Shown in pieces: positions 1 through 8,480 of a stretch of 49,840 nt of DNA. The notes beneath the pieces are model-generated. The model saw only the letters and a program-made list of their open reading frames with translations. It was not told where the DNA came from and made no database searches. Each line of letters starts with the position of its first letter. Within the stretch, counting starts at the first letter, position 1. The stretch covers positions 1-49,840 of the forward strand of contig JAZQMT010000083.1 in NCBI GenBank assembly GCA_045543635.1, read 5' to 3'. The DNA is from Oscillospiraceae bacterium (GTDB lineage Bacteria > Bacillota > Clostridia > Oscillospirales > Ruminococcaceae). A program made the translations under genes and the position numbers.

Positions 1-110
1 GAATATAATATCACAAAAGCCAAAGGCTTTTATATCACTTTTACCACAAGGTAAAAATATCACTGCAAACGATAGTTTGCAATATCACTTATACACGCCG
101 CAAGAGCAAT
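1..110. repeat. Hairpin array A: constant ATATCAC linkers alternating with unrelated perfect mini-hairpins
   Basis: ATATCAC at 8-14, 32-38, 57-63, 82-88 (period 24-25 nt). Between them are three different 7-bp stem hairpins: AAAAGCC-AAA-GGCTTTT (15-31), TTTTACC-ACAA-GGTAAAA (39-56), TGCAAAC-GATA-GTTTGCA (64-81). The array may continue upstream of the window. Confidence 0.7.
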
Positions 111-154
111 CTTTTTTTCGGTAAGGAAAAATTTTATAAAGTATGTAATCTACT

Positions 155-188
155 ATGACACTTTCGCTTTTTGAAAGTGTCATTTTCT
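155..188 (+). terminator. Hairpin plus T-run, probable terminator of an upstream unit
   Basis: ATGACACTTTC (155-165) / GAAAGTGTCAT (173-183), followed by TTTCT. A second hairpin CGGAGAC..GTCTCCG lies at 205-234. Confidence 0.4.
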
Positions 189-312
189 ATATTATATAGA
201 AAAACGGAGACTACTTCTTTACGAAGTGTCTCCGTTCGGCGGGATTTTTTCTTTTGGAAATATGCTGCATAATGCTGTCGAAAATCGGGTAAAAATTTTC
301 ATCCTATAAATA

Positions 313-341
313 TTGCAAAATGAAAATAAGAGTGCTATAAT
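313..341 (+). promoter_or_regulatory. Sigma-A type promoter for the tRNA pair
   Basis: TTGCAA (313-318), 17-nt spacer, TATAAT (336-341), about 12 nt upstream of the tRNA 5' end. Confidence 0.5.
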
Positions 342-353
342 ATAAGAACTGAC

Positions 354-430
354 GGAAGCTTAGCTCAGCTGGTTAGAGTGCCTGCTTCACACGCAGGAGG
401 TCGGCGGTTCGAGCCCGCCAGTTTCCACCA
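354..430 (+). tRNA. tRNA-Val (anticodon CAC)
   Basis: Acceptor GGAAGCT pairs with AGTTTCC. D-loop AGCTCAGCTGGTTAGAG. Anticodon stem CCTGC/GCAGG with loop TTCACAC. T-arm GGCGGTTCGAGCCCGCC. Encoded CCA. Confidence 0.9.
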
Positions 431-435
431 TATTT

Positions 436-509
436 GCAGGTATAGTTCATCGGTAGAACGCGAGCTTCCCAAGCTCGATAGGAGGGTTCGACTCCCTTTA
501 CCTGCTCCA
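436..509 (+). tRNA. tRNA-Gly (anticodon CCC)
   Basis: Acceptor GCAGGTA/TACCTGC. Anticodon stem CGAGC/GCTCG with loop TTCCCAA. T-arm AGGGTTCGACTCCCT. Encoded CCA. Confidence 0.9.
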
Positions 510-516
510 CGAAAAA

Positions 517-551
517 AGTCTCTTTTGTCTACCGACAAAAGGGACTTTTTT
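517..551 (+). terminator. Rho-independent terminator after the tRNAs
   Basis: AGTCTCTTTTGTC (517-529) / GACAAAAGGGACT (534-546), loop TACC, followed by a T-run. Confidence 0.8.
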
Positions 552-556
552 CGAAC

Positions 557-725
557 TAAGTGCGCCTATCGGCGCGTGAAGTTGCTTACGCAGTGAAGTT
601 ACTTCGTAGTGAAGTTTGCTTCGCAAGTGTTTTGGCACACTTAACTTCACTTTGCGGCAACGCCGCAATACTTCACTATGTCGTAAGGCATAACTTCACT
701 TGGGCGTTGCCCATACTTCACTAAA
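557..725. repeat. Hairpin array B: GTGAAGTT x3 then its reverse complement ACTTCAC x4, separated by unrelated mini-hairpins
   Basis: GTGAAGTT at 576-583, 593-600, 609-616. ACTTCAC at 644-650, 670-676, 693-699, 715-721. Variable hairpins: GCGCC-TATC-GGCGC (562-575), TTGCGGC-AAC-GCCGCAA (652-668), TATGTC-GTAA-GGCATA (677-692), TGGGC-GTT-GCCCA (701-713). Confidence 0.7.
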
Positions 726-767
726 TATTGAGTTTTATTTTACATTATGATATAATAGAATAAAGAG

Positions 768-1274
768 GTGGTGTTTTTGAATTACTGTATAACTGAAGAT
801 TTACTCAACGTTGTTAAAGATTTTGCCCCCAACAGTAGCATTCGTGTTTCCTGCACTAACAAAGATTGGCGTGGGCGTGAGTATCAAAGCGATTTGGTAA
901 CAATTGATGAAACCAACCATGTTGGTTTTGAAGTGTTTGAAAATGAAATTATTGCATTTTATTTTTCCGAACATCATCATTTTGAGGATTATTCATCATC
1001 CCCCGACGAAGATGAACCGGATTTTGTCGGCAAAACGGAAAAGTTCTTGAAAGATTTATTTACCTGTACGATTAGACACGAAAAAAGGTACAAAGGGAAG
1101 ACGCTTATAAGTGAACGATATATTTTTGTTCACGAAGATCAAACCGAAGATTGTCCAGCAGGAGTTTGGATCCACGGACTTCTTATTCGCTTGGTTCCAT
1201 TTTTGCAAAAACGAACAGAGTTTTTCTTGTGGAAATATGATATACAAAGCGGTGTTTTTGTTGAGGTAACTTGA
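768..1274 (+). CDS. Hypothetical protein (168 aa, GTG start), no family recognised
   Basis: Long ORF with AAAGAGG upstream of the GTG and its own terminator. The acidic HHHFEDYSSSPDEDEPDF segment gives no recognisable motif. Confidence 0.55.
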   Translation: MVFLNYCITEDLLNVVKDFAPNSSIRVSCTNKDWRGREYQSDLVTIDETNHVGFEVFENEIIAFYFSEHHHFEDYSSSPDEDEPDFVGKTEKFLKDLFTCTIRHEKRYKGKTLISERYIFVHEDQTEDCPAGVWIHGLLIRLVPFLQKRTEFFLWKYDIQSGVFVEVT

Positions 1275-1306
1275 CTCTGTACACTACTTTTGGTTACTTT
1301 TAGGCA

Positions 1307-1340
1307 AAAATCCTCTGAACTTATGTTCAGGGGATTTTTA
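1307..1340 (+). terminator. Rho-independent terminator
   Basis: AAAATCCTCTGAA / TTCAGGGGATTTT stem with loop CTTATG, then a T-run. Confidence 0.7.
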
Positions 1341-1562
1341 CTTGTTGGCATTTCGGCATTATAACAAAGACTTGAAAAGTGATAGAAAAGGGAAAAAATC
1401 GGTGTGCTTTCGGCAGAAATTATAAAAGTCAGGGTGTTGTTTTAGCACTTTTGCCGATTTTTTCTTATTTTGCTAATAATTACACAATAGTCCATTGATT
1501 TTTGAAAATAGCTTTGATAGAATTTAGATAAAGAGAACGAATTTTGTTTGCGGAGGTTTGAA

Positions 1563-2705
1563 ATGAAGGCTATTATAAACGGAAAAATCATTTTAAAAGA
1601 CCGAATTGTAGAAAATTCCGCTCTTTTATATTCAAACAAAATAGAGGGCATTGTTGCTGTCGATAACATCCCCGAGAATGCGCAGATCATAGATGCAAAG
1701 GGAGGATATGTTTCTCCCGGTCTTATTGATTTGCATATCCACGGCTATCTCGGAAAAGATGTTTGTGATGGTGAGGAGCAAAGTATCCGTACTATTTCCA
1801 AAGGGCTTCTCGCAAATGGAGTAACCGGATATTTGCCCACTACCATGACCGTGGATATGAAGGTTATTCGAAAAGCGCTTGAGGTTTGCCGCTCACTGAA
1901 AGAGGAGAGCCTTAGCTGGGAGGGCAGCGCCATTTTGGGCTGTCACGCAGAGGGTCCCTTTATCAGTGAACAGAAAAAAGGCGCGCAGGACCCTAAGTAC
2001 ATATTAAAGCCTGATGCGCAGTTTGTTAAGGAATATGCCGATATTATCCGTATCATCACTCTTGCCCCCGAAACCGATGGTGAGGATTTTACAGAAATTC
2101 GAAAAATCCGCCGTGATACTGATGTTGTTGTTTCTATGGGACACACCTCTTCGGATTACGAGACGGCGATGAAAAGTACACAGGTTGGTGTTCGCCATGC
2201 CACCCACCTTTTCAATGCTATGACTCCGCTAACGCAGCGTGCACCCGGCGTTGTAACAGCAGCGCTTAATTCGGATGTAAGCTGTGAGCTTATTGTGGAC
2301 ACCTTTCATGTTGACAAAAGCCTTTACGATATTATCTGGAAGCTGAAGGGAAGAAAACTTTGCTTTATTACCGACTGCTTGCCCGCAGGAGGACTTCCCG
2401 AGGGTGAGTACACGCTCGGTGGAGCAAAGATCATCTATAGGGGAATTGTTTGCCGCCTTGAGGACGGAACGGTTGCAGGAAGTATCCTTCGCCTTAATAA
2501 GGGCGTTTGGAATGTCTACACCAATTCCACCATTCCTCTTTGGGAATGTGTAAATTGTGCGTCGCTTAACCCTGCGACTACGCTGGGTATAGATAAACAA
2601 AAAGGCTCTATTGAGGTCGGAAAAGATGCCGACATCATTATAACAGATGCAGAATTTAATGTTCAAAAAACCATTATCGGAGGAGAGATTAAATATGAAG
2701 CTTAA
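1563..2705 (+). CDS. nagA: N-acetylglucosamine-6-phosphate deacetylase
   Basis: GLIDLHIHGY, HAEGPFIS, HATHLFNAM and DADIII motifs of the NagA amidohydrolase family. The ATG at 1563 has GGAGG 6 nt upstream; the ORF-track start at 1548 lacks an SD. Confidence 0.9.
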   Translation: MKAIINGKIILKDRIVENSALLYSNKIEGIVAVDNIPENAQIIDAKGGYVSPGLIDLHIHGYLGKDVCDGEEQSIRTISKGLLANGVTGYLPTTMTVDMKVIRKALEVCRSLKEESLSWEGSAILGCHAEGPFISEQKKGAQDPKYILKPDAQFVKEYADIIRIITLAPETDGEDFTEIRKIRRDTDVVVSMGHTSSDYETAMKSTQVGVRHATHLFNAMTPLTQRAPGVVTAALNSDVSCELIVDTFHVDKSLYDIIWKLKGRKLCFITDCLPAGGLPEGEYTLGGAKIIYRGIVCRLEDGTVAGSILRLNKGVWNVYTNSTIPLWECVNCASLNPATTLGIDKQKGSIEVGKDADIIITDAEFNVQKTIIGGEIKYEA

Positions 2706-4071
2706 AGTCAATGCAAAGCTCGACCCCCAGTTTGCCCCCCTTTCGGTAGTTTGCCGCGAAATGAGAGAGGCAACCGAGAAAGACGGGCAGGACCTTGTTA
2801 TTGCAGTTGAAAGAAACAAGGGCTACACCACCACCTACAAAACCAGAGTTTACAAAGACGGAACCGGTCATGACGAGGAGAATTTCCGCTTTGTCGAAAG
2901 AATGACCAAGGCGCTCTTGTGGGTTGCAGGCGGTTACAAAATCATTATTGCGGGCAGTGAGCTTATCGGTAACAAGATAAAGGAAACTTTTTCCGATGGC
3001 GGACTTCGTGATTTTGATGTTCATTTTATGGAGAGAGTTTATGAGTGCGCCTTTGAGGTCGAGGTTCGCTCTCTTGAGAATGCTCCCGAGGATAAATCCT
3101 CTGCTGCCCCTGTCGGTAGGCATCTCGATGGCTGCCGCATCGGTTTTGATGCCGGCGGAAGTGACCGTAAGGTAAGCGCTGTTATTAACGGTGAGAGCGT
3201 TTATTCCGAAGAGGTCGTTTGGTTCCCCAAGATAAATCCTGACCCTGATTATCATTATCAGGGAATTTTAGAGGCAATGAAAACCGCCGCTTCCCATATG
3301 CCCCGCGTTGATGCCATTGGTGTTTCCAGCGCAGGCGTTTATGTTGATAACCGCATCATGGTCGCATCGCTTTTCCTTAAGGTAAACGATGAGGATTTTG
3401 ATAAAAAGGTTAAAAATATGTATATTGATGTTGCCAAGGAGATTGGAGAAAATATCCCCATTGAGGTTGCTAATGATGGTGATGTTACCGCTCTTGCCGG
3501 TGCTATGGATTTAAATGATAACGGTGTTCTCGGCGTCGCAATGGGCACCAGTGAAGCCGGCGGATATGTCGATATTCAAGGCAATATCACAGGCTGGCTC
3601 AATGAGCTTGCCTTTGTCCCCGTTGATTACTGCACCGATGCAATGGTCGATGAATGGTCCGGCGATTTTGGCTGCGGTGTTAAATATTTCTCGCAGGACG
3701 GCGTTATCAAGCTTGCTCCCTATGCAGGAATTGAGCTTGACGAAAATCTTTCCCCCGCTGAAAAGCTTAAGGTAGTTCAGGGACTTATGAAAGAGGGCGA
3801 CGAGCGTGCTGCCGCAATTTATGACACCATCGGTGCATATTTCGGCTATGCAATCGCTTTCTACACCGAGTTTTATGATATTAAGCATGTTCTCATCATG
3901 GGTAGAGTTACCTCGGGAGAGGGCGGCGTTATCCTTTTAGAGCGCGCACAGGAAGTTCTTGATAAAGAATTCCCTGAGCTGGCAAAGAAGATTAAGCTGC
4001 ATATTCCTGACGAGAGCTCCAGAAGAGTCGGCCAGTCGGTTGCCGCTGCAAGCCTCCCCAAATTGAAATAA
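2695..4071 (+). CDS. ROK-family sugar kinase-like protein with a roughly 155-aa N-terminal extension
   Basis: ASKHA/ROK signatures: IGFDAGGSDRKV, GVSSAGVY, ANDGDVTALAG, GTSEAGGY. The ATG at 2695 follows GGAGGAG and overlaps the end of nagA. Confidence 0.75.
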   Translation: MKLKVNAKLDPQFAPLSVVCREMREATEKDGQDLVIAVERNKGYTTTYKTRVYKDGTGHDEENFRFVERMTKALLWVAGGYKIIIAGSELIGNKIKETFSDGGLRDFDVHFMERVYECAFEVEVRSLENAPEDKSSAAPVGRHLDGCRIGFDAGGSDRKVSAVINGESVYSEEVVWFPKINPDPDYHYQGILEAMKTAASHMPRVDAIGVSSAGVYVDNRIMVASLFLKVNDEDFDKKVKNMYIDVAKEIGENIPIEVANDGDVTALAGAMDLNDNGVLGVAMGTSEAGGYVDIQGNITGWLNELAFVPVDYCTDAMVDEWSGDFGCGVKYFSQDGVIKLAPYAGIELDENLSPAEKLKVVQGLMKEGDERAAAIYDTIGAYFGYAIAFYTEFYDIKHVLIMGRVTSGEGGVILLERAQEVLDKEFPELAKKIKLHIPDESSRRVGQSVAAASLPKLK

Positions 4072-4092
4072 AGCGTACTGTACAAAATTCCC

Positions 4093-4121
4093 TTGACCTT
4101 TTTTTGGCTATTTGCTACAAT
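4093..4121 (+). promoter_or_regulatory. Candidate promoter for eda-kdgK
   Basis: TTGACC (4093-4098), 17 nt, TACAAT (4116-4121). Confidence 0.45.
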
Positions 4122-4186
4122 AGAATCGTAATAGTGGAATAATGTTCCATAGTAATGGGACATAAATAACCCGAGAGGTGAAATTT

Positions 4187-4825
4187 ATGGAAAAAATGCT
4201 TCAGCAGATTGGTGATATGGGTGTAATTCCTGTCATCAAGATTGACAGAGTAGAGGATGCCGTTCCTCTTGCAAAGGCTCTTGTTGAGGGCGGAATGCCC
4301 TGTGCAGAGGTAACTTTTAGAACCGCTGCTGCCGCCGAGGCAATCCGCGCTATGAGTAAGGCTTATCCCGAAATGCTCGTTGGCGCAGGAACTGTGCTTA
4401 CCACGGAGCAGGCAGATACCGCCGTAGCATGCGGTGCAAAATTTATTGTCAGCCCAGGCCTCAATCCTGAGACTGTGAAACACTGCCTCAAAAAAGGGTA
4501 CCCCATTTTACCCGGCGTTTGCACTCCGTCCGAGGTTGAGTTGGGTCTTTCTCTGGGGCTTGATCATTTAAAATTCTTTCCTGCAGAAGCTGCGGGCGGC
4601 GTAAAAATGATCAAGGCAATGGCTGCTCCTTACACTTCGGTCAAATTTATGCCCACCGGCGGAATCAATGTCAGCAACATTAAGGATTATCTTACCTGCA
4701 AGGCTGTTTTTGCCTGCGGCGGAAGCTGGATGGTTCCCGGTGATATGATTACAAACGGTGAGTTTGATAAAATTAAAGCGCTTGTCCAAGAGGCGGTTGC
4801 TTTATTAAAGGAGATCAGAGGATAA
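4187..4825 (+). CDS. eda: 2-dehydro-3-deoxyphosphogluconate (KDPG) / 4-hydroxy-2-oxoglutarate aldolase
   Basis: Eda family pattern: VIPVI...A..L..GG....EVTFRT, GAGTVL, KFFPA, PTGG. The ATG at 4187 has better SD spacing than the GTG at 4178. Confidence 0.9.
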   Translation: MEKMLQQIGDMGVIPVIKIDRVEDAVPLAKALVEGGMPCAEVTFRTAAAAEAIRAMSKAYPEMLVGAGTVLTTEQADTAVACGAKFIVSPGLNPETVKHCLKKGYPILPGVCTPSEVELGLSLGLDHLKFFPAEAAGGVKMIKAMAAPYTSVKFMPTGGINVSNIKDYLTCKAVFACGGSWMVPGDMITNGEFDKIKALVQEAVALLKEIRG

Positions 4826-5847
4826 TGAAAAGAGTTATTACTTTCGGTGAAATCATGTTGAGACTTGCCCCTGAGGGCTACTATCGCTTTGTTCAGGCAG
4901 AGAAATACGGAGCCACCTTTGGCGGTGGAGAGGCAAATGTTGCCGTTTCTCTTGCAAATTATGGTTATGATGCGGCTTTTGTTACCAAACTGCCCAAGCA
5001 TGACATCGGTCAGGCTGCTGTAAACGAGCTTCGCAGATATGGGGTTGACACTTCTAAGATCACCCGCGGCGGAAATCGTGTTGGCATCTATTTTCTTGAG
5101 AAAGGTGCTTCCCAGCGTCCCTCTAAGGTTATTTATGACCGCGCTCATTCTGCTATCGCTGAAGCACAGCTTTCTGATTTCGATTGGGACGATATTTTTG
5201 AGGGTGCAGATTGGCTGCACTTTACCGGCATTACTCCCGCCCTGGGCGATAATGTTGCCGAAATTTGCCTTGCCGCTGTGAAAAAGGCAAAGGAAAAGGG
5301 ACTGGCTGTCAGCTGCGACCTTAACTATCGTAAAAACCTCTGGTCTCGTGAGAAGGCGGGACAGGTTATGGCAGAGCTTATGCCTTATGTTGATGTCTGC
5401 ATTGCTAATGAAGAGGATGCTTCCGATGTTTTCGGCATCAAAGCTGCGAACACCGATGTAACAAAGGGCGAAGTTAACCACGATGGCTATAAGGATGTTG
5501 CGAAACAGCTTGCAGACCGTTTTGGATTTAAATATGTTGCGATTACCCTGCGCGAGAGCATTTCGGCTAACGATAACAACTGGGCTGCAATGCTTTATGA
5601 CGGAAAAGAGTGCTATTTCAGCAAGAAATACAAAATGCATATTGTTGACCGTGTCGGCGGCGGCGATAGCTTTGGCGGCGGCCTTATCTACTCCATGCTG
5701 GAGGGCAAAGAGCCTCAAGCTATCATTGAATTTGCGGTTGCCGCAAGCTGCCTGAAACATTCCATTGAGGGAGACTTCAATCAGGTCAGTGTTGACGAGG
5801 TTACCAAGCTTGCAGGCGGAGATGGCTCCGGAAGAGTTCAGAGATAA
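4825..5847 (+). CDS. kdgK: 2-dehydro-3-deoxygluconokinase (PfkB family)
   Basis: PfkB motifs GGGEANVAVSLA and DRVGGGDSFGGGLIY, next to eda. Confidence 0.9.
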   Translation: MKRVITFGEIMLRLAPEGYYRFVQAEKYGATFGGGEANVAVSLANYGYDAAFVTKLPKHDIGQAAVNELRRYGVDTSKITRGGNRVGIYFLEKGASQRPSKVIYDRAHSAIAEAQLSDFDWDDIFEGADWLHFTGITPALGDNVAEICLAAVKKAKEKGLAVSCDLNYRKNLWSREKAGQVMAELMPYVDVCIANEEDASDVFGIKAANTDVTKGEVNHDGYKDVAKQLADRFGFKYVAITLRESISANDNNWAAMLYDGKECYFSKKYKMHIVDRVGGGDSFGGGLIYSMLEGKEPQAIIEFAVAASCLKHSIEGDFNQVSVDEVTKLAGGDGSGRVQR

Positions 5848-5867
5848 CTTTTATTTTCTAGTAGAAT

Positions 5868-5910
5868 GCCCTGCTCTGCAAAAATGCAGAGCAGGGCTTG
5901 TCTTTTGTTT
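5868..5910 (+). terminator. Rho-independent terminator
   Basis: 13-bp perfect stem GCCCTGCTCTGCA / TGCAGAGCAGGGC, loop AAAA, T-rich tail. Confidence 0.85.
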
Positions 5911-5998
5911 GTTGTAAATGCTATAATAAGGAAAAGTTTTAGTTTGGCTTAAGGTTTCGAGGGTAATATAAGGGTGAAAACTTTTTTGGAGGAGCGTT

Positions 5999-6673
5999 AT
6001 GAGACTTTTGTTTGCCGAAGACGAGCGTTCACTTTCCAAAGCGGTAACCGCTATTTTGCAAAAGAATAATTATTCGGTCGATGCCGTTCATGATGGTAAG
6101 GAGGCACTTGACTATGCACTCTGCGGAAATTATGACGGTATTGTTTTGGATGTTATGATGCCGATAATGGACGGTATTACGGCTCTGCGCGAAATGCGCA
6201 AGCAAGGCGTTACCACCCCGGTACTTATCCTGACTGCTAAATCCGAAGTGGACGATAAGGTGTTGGGGCTTGACAGCGGAGCTAACGATTATCTCACCAA
6301 ACCCTTTGATTCAAAGGAGCTTTTAGCACGGATTCGCGCCATGACCCGAATAAACGGTGTGCAGCCGGATTCCTGCCTTGGTTTCGGAAATGTAACGCTT
6401 GACTGTGCAACCTTTGAGCTTTCGGCACCCAAAGGCAGCTATAAGCTTGCCAATAAGGAGTTTCAAATGATGGAAATGCTGATAAGAAGCCCCAAACATT
6501 TAATTTCCACTGAACGGTTTATGGAGCACATCTGGGGATTTGACAGTGAAGCCGAAGTGAATGTGGTGTGGGTGTATATTTCTTATCTGCGTAAAAAGCT
6601 TGCCGCAATCGGTGCAGATATTGCCATCCGCGCCCAGCGCAATGCAGGCTACTTCTTGGAGGAATTAAAATGA
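5999..6673 (+). CDS. OmpR/PhoB-family response regulator
   Basis: Receiver domain (DDE..., D at LDVMMP, TAK) plus winged-helix C-terminus. GGAGG SD. Confidence 0.9.
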   Translation: MRLLFAEDERSLSKAVTAILQKNNYSVDAVHDGKEALDYALCGNYDGIVLDVMMPIMDGITALREMRKQGVTTPVLILTAKSEVDDKVLGLDSGANDYLTKPFDSKELLARIRAMTRINGVQPDSCLGFGNVTLDCATFELSAPKGSYKLANKEFQMMEMLIRSPKHLISTERFMEHIWGFDSEAEVNVVWVYISYLRKKLAAIGADIAIRAQRNAGYFLEELK

Positions 6674-7908
6674 TAAAAAAACTGCGCTTAAGATTAATTG
6701 CAGTTTCCATGCTATCGCTGTTTTCGGTGCTCTTGGTTATTGTCGGTGCAGTTAATATCTTTAACTACCAAAGCATTGTAAATGAGGCAGACAGCACCCT
6801 CTTTTTGTTGGCACAAAATGATGGCAGGTTTCCTTTACCAAACAACGAGGCTCCTTTTTTTGAGCGAGGTCCCGAGCAAATGCGCCCGATGTCACCCGAG
6901 TTACCTTATGAGTCACGCTTTTTCTGGGTGATTACAGGGGCGGACAAAGGCATTGTTTCTTCCGATACCTCCCACATTGCAGCAGTAGACCAAAATGCAG
7001 CAGCCGTTTATGCACAGCGTGCTTTGCGCCTTGGTAAAATCAGCGGTTTTACCGATAATTATCGTTTTTTTACAGATAAAGGCGAGGGCTTTACCCGCAT
7101 TATTTTTCTTGATTGCACACGCAGTCTTTCAACCTTTCGCATGTTTCTTTTAACAAGCTGTGTTATTTCGCTCTTGGGTTTGTTTGCGGTTTTTGTGCTT
7201 ATTGTTTTGCTTTCCAAAAGAATCGTTCAACCTATTTCGGAAAGCTATGAAAAACAAAAACAGTTTATCACTGACGCAGGTCATGAGTTAAAAACACCGA
7301 TTACAATTATAGATGCCGATGCGGAGGTACTGCAAATGGAGGTGGGCGAAAATGAATGGATTTCCGATATTCGTAAGCAAACAAAACGCCTTGCCGCATT
7401 AACAGGAGACCTTATCTATCTTTCACGCATGCAGGAGGAAAGCCTTAAGCTTTGTATTATTGACTTTCCGATTTCAGATATTGTGGCGCAAACGGCACAG
7501 TCCTTTCACTCCCTTGCGCTCACGCAACATAAGGATTTTGCCGCTCAAATTCAGCCGAATCTTTCGTTTTGCGGTGATGAAAAGGCAATTCGTCAGCTTT
7601 CTTCTATCCTTCTTGACAATGCCCTGAAATATTCCGGCGAAAACGGCATTATCCGTCTTGCCCTTTATAAAAGCGGTAAAAATGTGGTTTTTTCGCTCAC
7701 CAATACCGTAACTTCTCTTCCTCAAGGCAATTTGAACCGTCTATTTGACCGTTTTTACAGGGCAGACCCTTCCCGTAACTCTCAAATCGGTGGGTATGGG
7801 ATCGGTCTCTCGATAGCGAAAGCTATTGCTGCGGCGCATAAAGGCAAAATTTCCGCTGTCTCGCCTGATGGCAAATCCCTAACCATCATCGTCACACTTC
7901 CCACATAA
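6670..7908 (+). CDS. Sensor histidine kinase (two TM segments, HisKA + HATPase_c)
   Basis: H-box DAGHELKTPIT, N-box LLDNALKY, G-boxes DRFYRAD and GGYGIGLSIAK. Start overlaps the end of the regulator gene. Confidence 0.9.
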   Translation: MIKKLRLRLIAVSMLSLFSVLLVIVGAVNIFNYQSIVNEADSTLFLLAQNDGRFPLPNNEAPFFERGPEQMRPMSPELPYESRFFWVITGADKGIVSSDTSHIAAVDQNAAAVYAQRALRLGKISGFTDNYRFFTDKGEGFTRIIFLDCTRSLSTFRMFLLTSCVISLLGLFAVFVLIVLLSKRIVQPISESYEKQKQFITDAGHELKTPITIIDADAEVLQMEVGENEWISDIRKQTKRLAALTGDLIYLSRMQEESLKLCIIDFPISDIVAQTAQSFHSLALTQHKDFAAQIQPNLSFCGDEKAIRQLSSILLDNALKYSGENGIIRLALYKSGKNVVFSLTNTVTSLPQGNLNRLFDRFYRADPSRNSQIGGYGIGLSIAKAIAAAHKGKISAVSPDGKSLTIIVTLPT

Positions 7909-7943
7909 AAAGCTCTCTTTAAGGGAACTTCTCATAAGGATGT

Positions 7944-7978
7944 TTAAGAGCAACAGACAAAAAATCTGTTGCTCTTAA
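7944..7978. terminator. Bidirectional hairpin between the kinase gene and the convergent four-helix-bundle gene
   Basis: TTAAGAGCAACAG (7944-7956) / CTGTTGCTCTTAA (7966-7978), loop ACAAAAAAT. Confidence 0.65.
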
Positions 7979-8280
7979 CACTTTACTTTAAAAATAAGTA
8001 ACCAATATTCAGTTTCATAGCACTCTTTCTGTGCTATTTCAAGTTTAGAAATAAAATCCCTTGTTCCCTGTGCATATTGTGCTTCGTGTAAATTCGCACC
8101 GATTGATGTTGCGGAATGAAGTAATTGAATTATCAAAACTGATTCTTTATGATTTGATTTCATATCACGACAGAGGAAAACAACAGTCTTTGCGAATTCT
8201 TTTGCCGTATCTCTTAAAATACTATCAGCCAAAGTTATCACCTCTGAATTTATTATACATAATGAACAGTAGCATTTCAA
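7975..8280 (-). CDS. Four-helix-bundle protein (23S rRNA intervening-sequence protein / Avd-like family), probably C-terminally truncated
   Basis: The core LLHSATSIGANLHEAQYAQGTRDFISKLEIAQKECYETEYWLLIF matches the family signature (S.G.NI.EA....S..DF..KL.IA.KE..ET.YWL). The ORF stops right after the YWL helix, where family members normally continue. N-terminal start uncertain. Confidence 0.75.
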   Translation of the reverse strand: MKCYCSLCIINSEVITLADSILRDTAKEFAKTVVFLCRDMKSNHKESVLIIQLLHSATSIGANLHEAQYAQGTRDFISKLEIAQKECYETEYWLLIFKVKC

Positions 8281-8480
8281 GTGATATTCCGACCTTGTCG
8301 GAGTGATATTATTGCCTTACGGCAATAGTGATATTGAAACCTTATGGTTTCAGTGTTATTTTATTCGCCTCTAAAACTCGCGAAGCGAATATCACTCGGC
8401 GTTAGTCGAATAACACTGCGAAGCAATATAACTCGCCTTTGGCGAATAAAACTGCGAGACTTCCTTATGAGAAGTCTCGC
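8281..8480. repeat. Hairpin array C: GTGATATT x4 then decaying reverse complement AATATCAC x4-5, with unrelated mini-hairpins between
   Basis: Forward: GTGATATT 8281-8288, 8303-8310, 8328-8335; GTGTTATT 8353-8360. Reverse: AATATCAC 8388-8395, AATAACAC 8409-8416, AATATAAC 8425-8432, AATAAAAC 8445-8452. Hairpins: CCGAC-CTT-GTCGG, ATTGCC-TTAC-GGCAAT, GAAACC-TTAT-GGTTTC, TCGC-GAA-GCGA, TCGGC-GTTA-GTCGA, TGC-GAA-GCA, TCGCC-TTT-GGCGA, GCGAGACTTC-CTTATGA-GAAGTCTCGC. Confidence 0.7.

Noticed and set aside
378-596. 72-aa + strand ORF
   Set aside because: It lies entirely over the two tRNA genes and their terminator and has no SD, so it is an artefact of reading through structured RNA genes.
4122-4160. 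Short palindrome TGGAA-TAATG-TTCCA downstream of the eda promoter as a KdgR-type operator
   Set aside because: It has only a 5-bp stem in AT-rich sequence, and I cannot match it to a defined operator consensus without a matrix scan.
4687-5760. 357-aa minus-strand ORF
   Set aside because: It is antisense to the well-supported kdgK and eda genes. It has low-complexity composition, no recognisable motifs and no SD. It is a typical shadow ORF.
1-8480. Hairpin arrays as CRISPR arrays
   Set aside because: The repeats are only 7-8 nt and the 'spacers' only 14-18 nt, each internally palindromic. The arrays switch orientation midway. No cas genes or leader are present.
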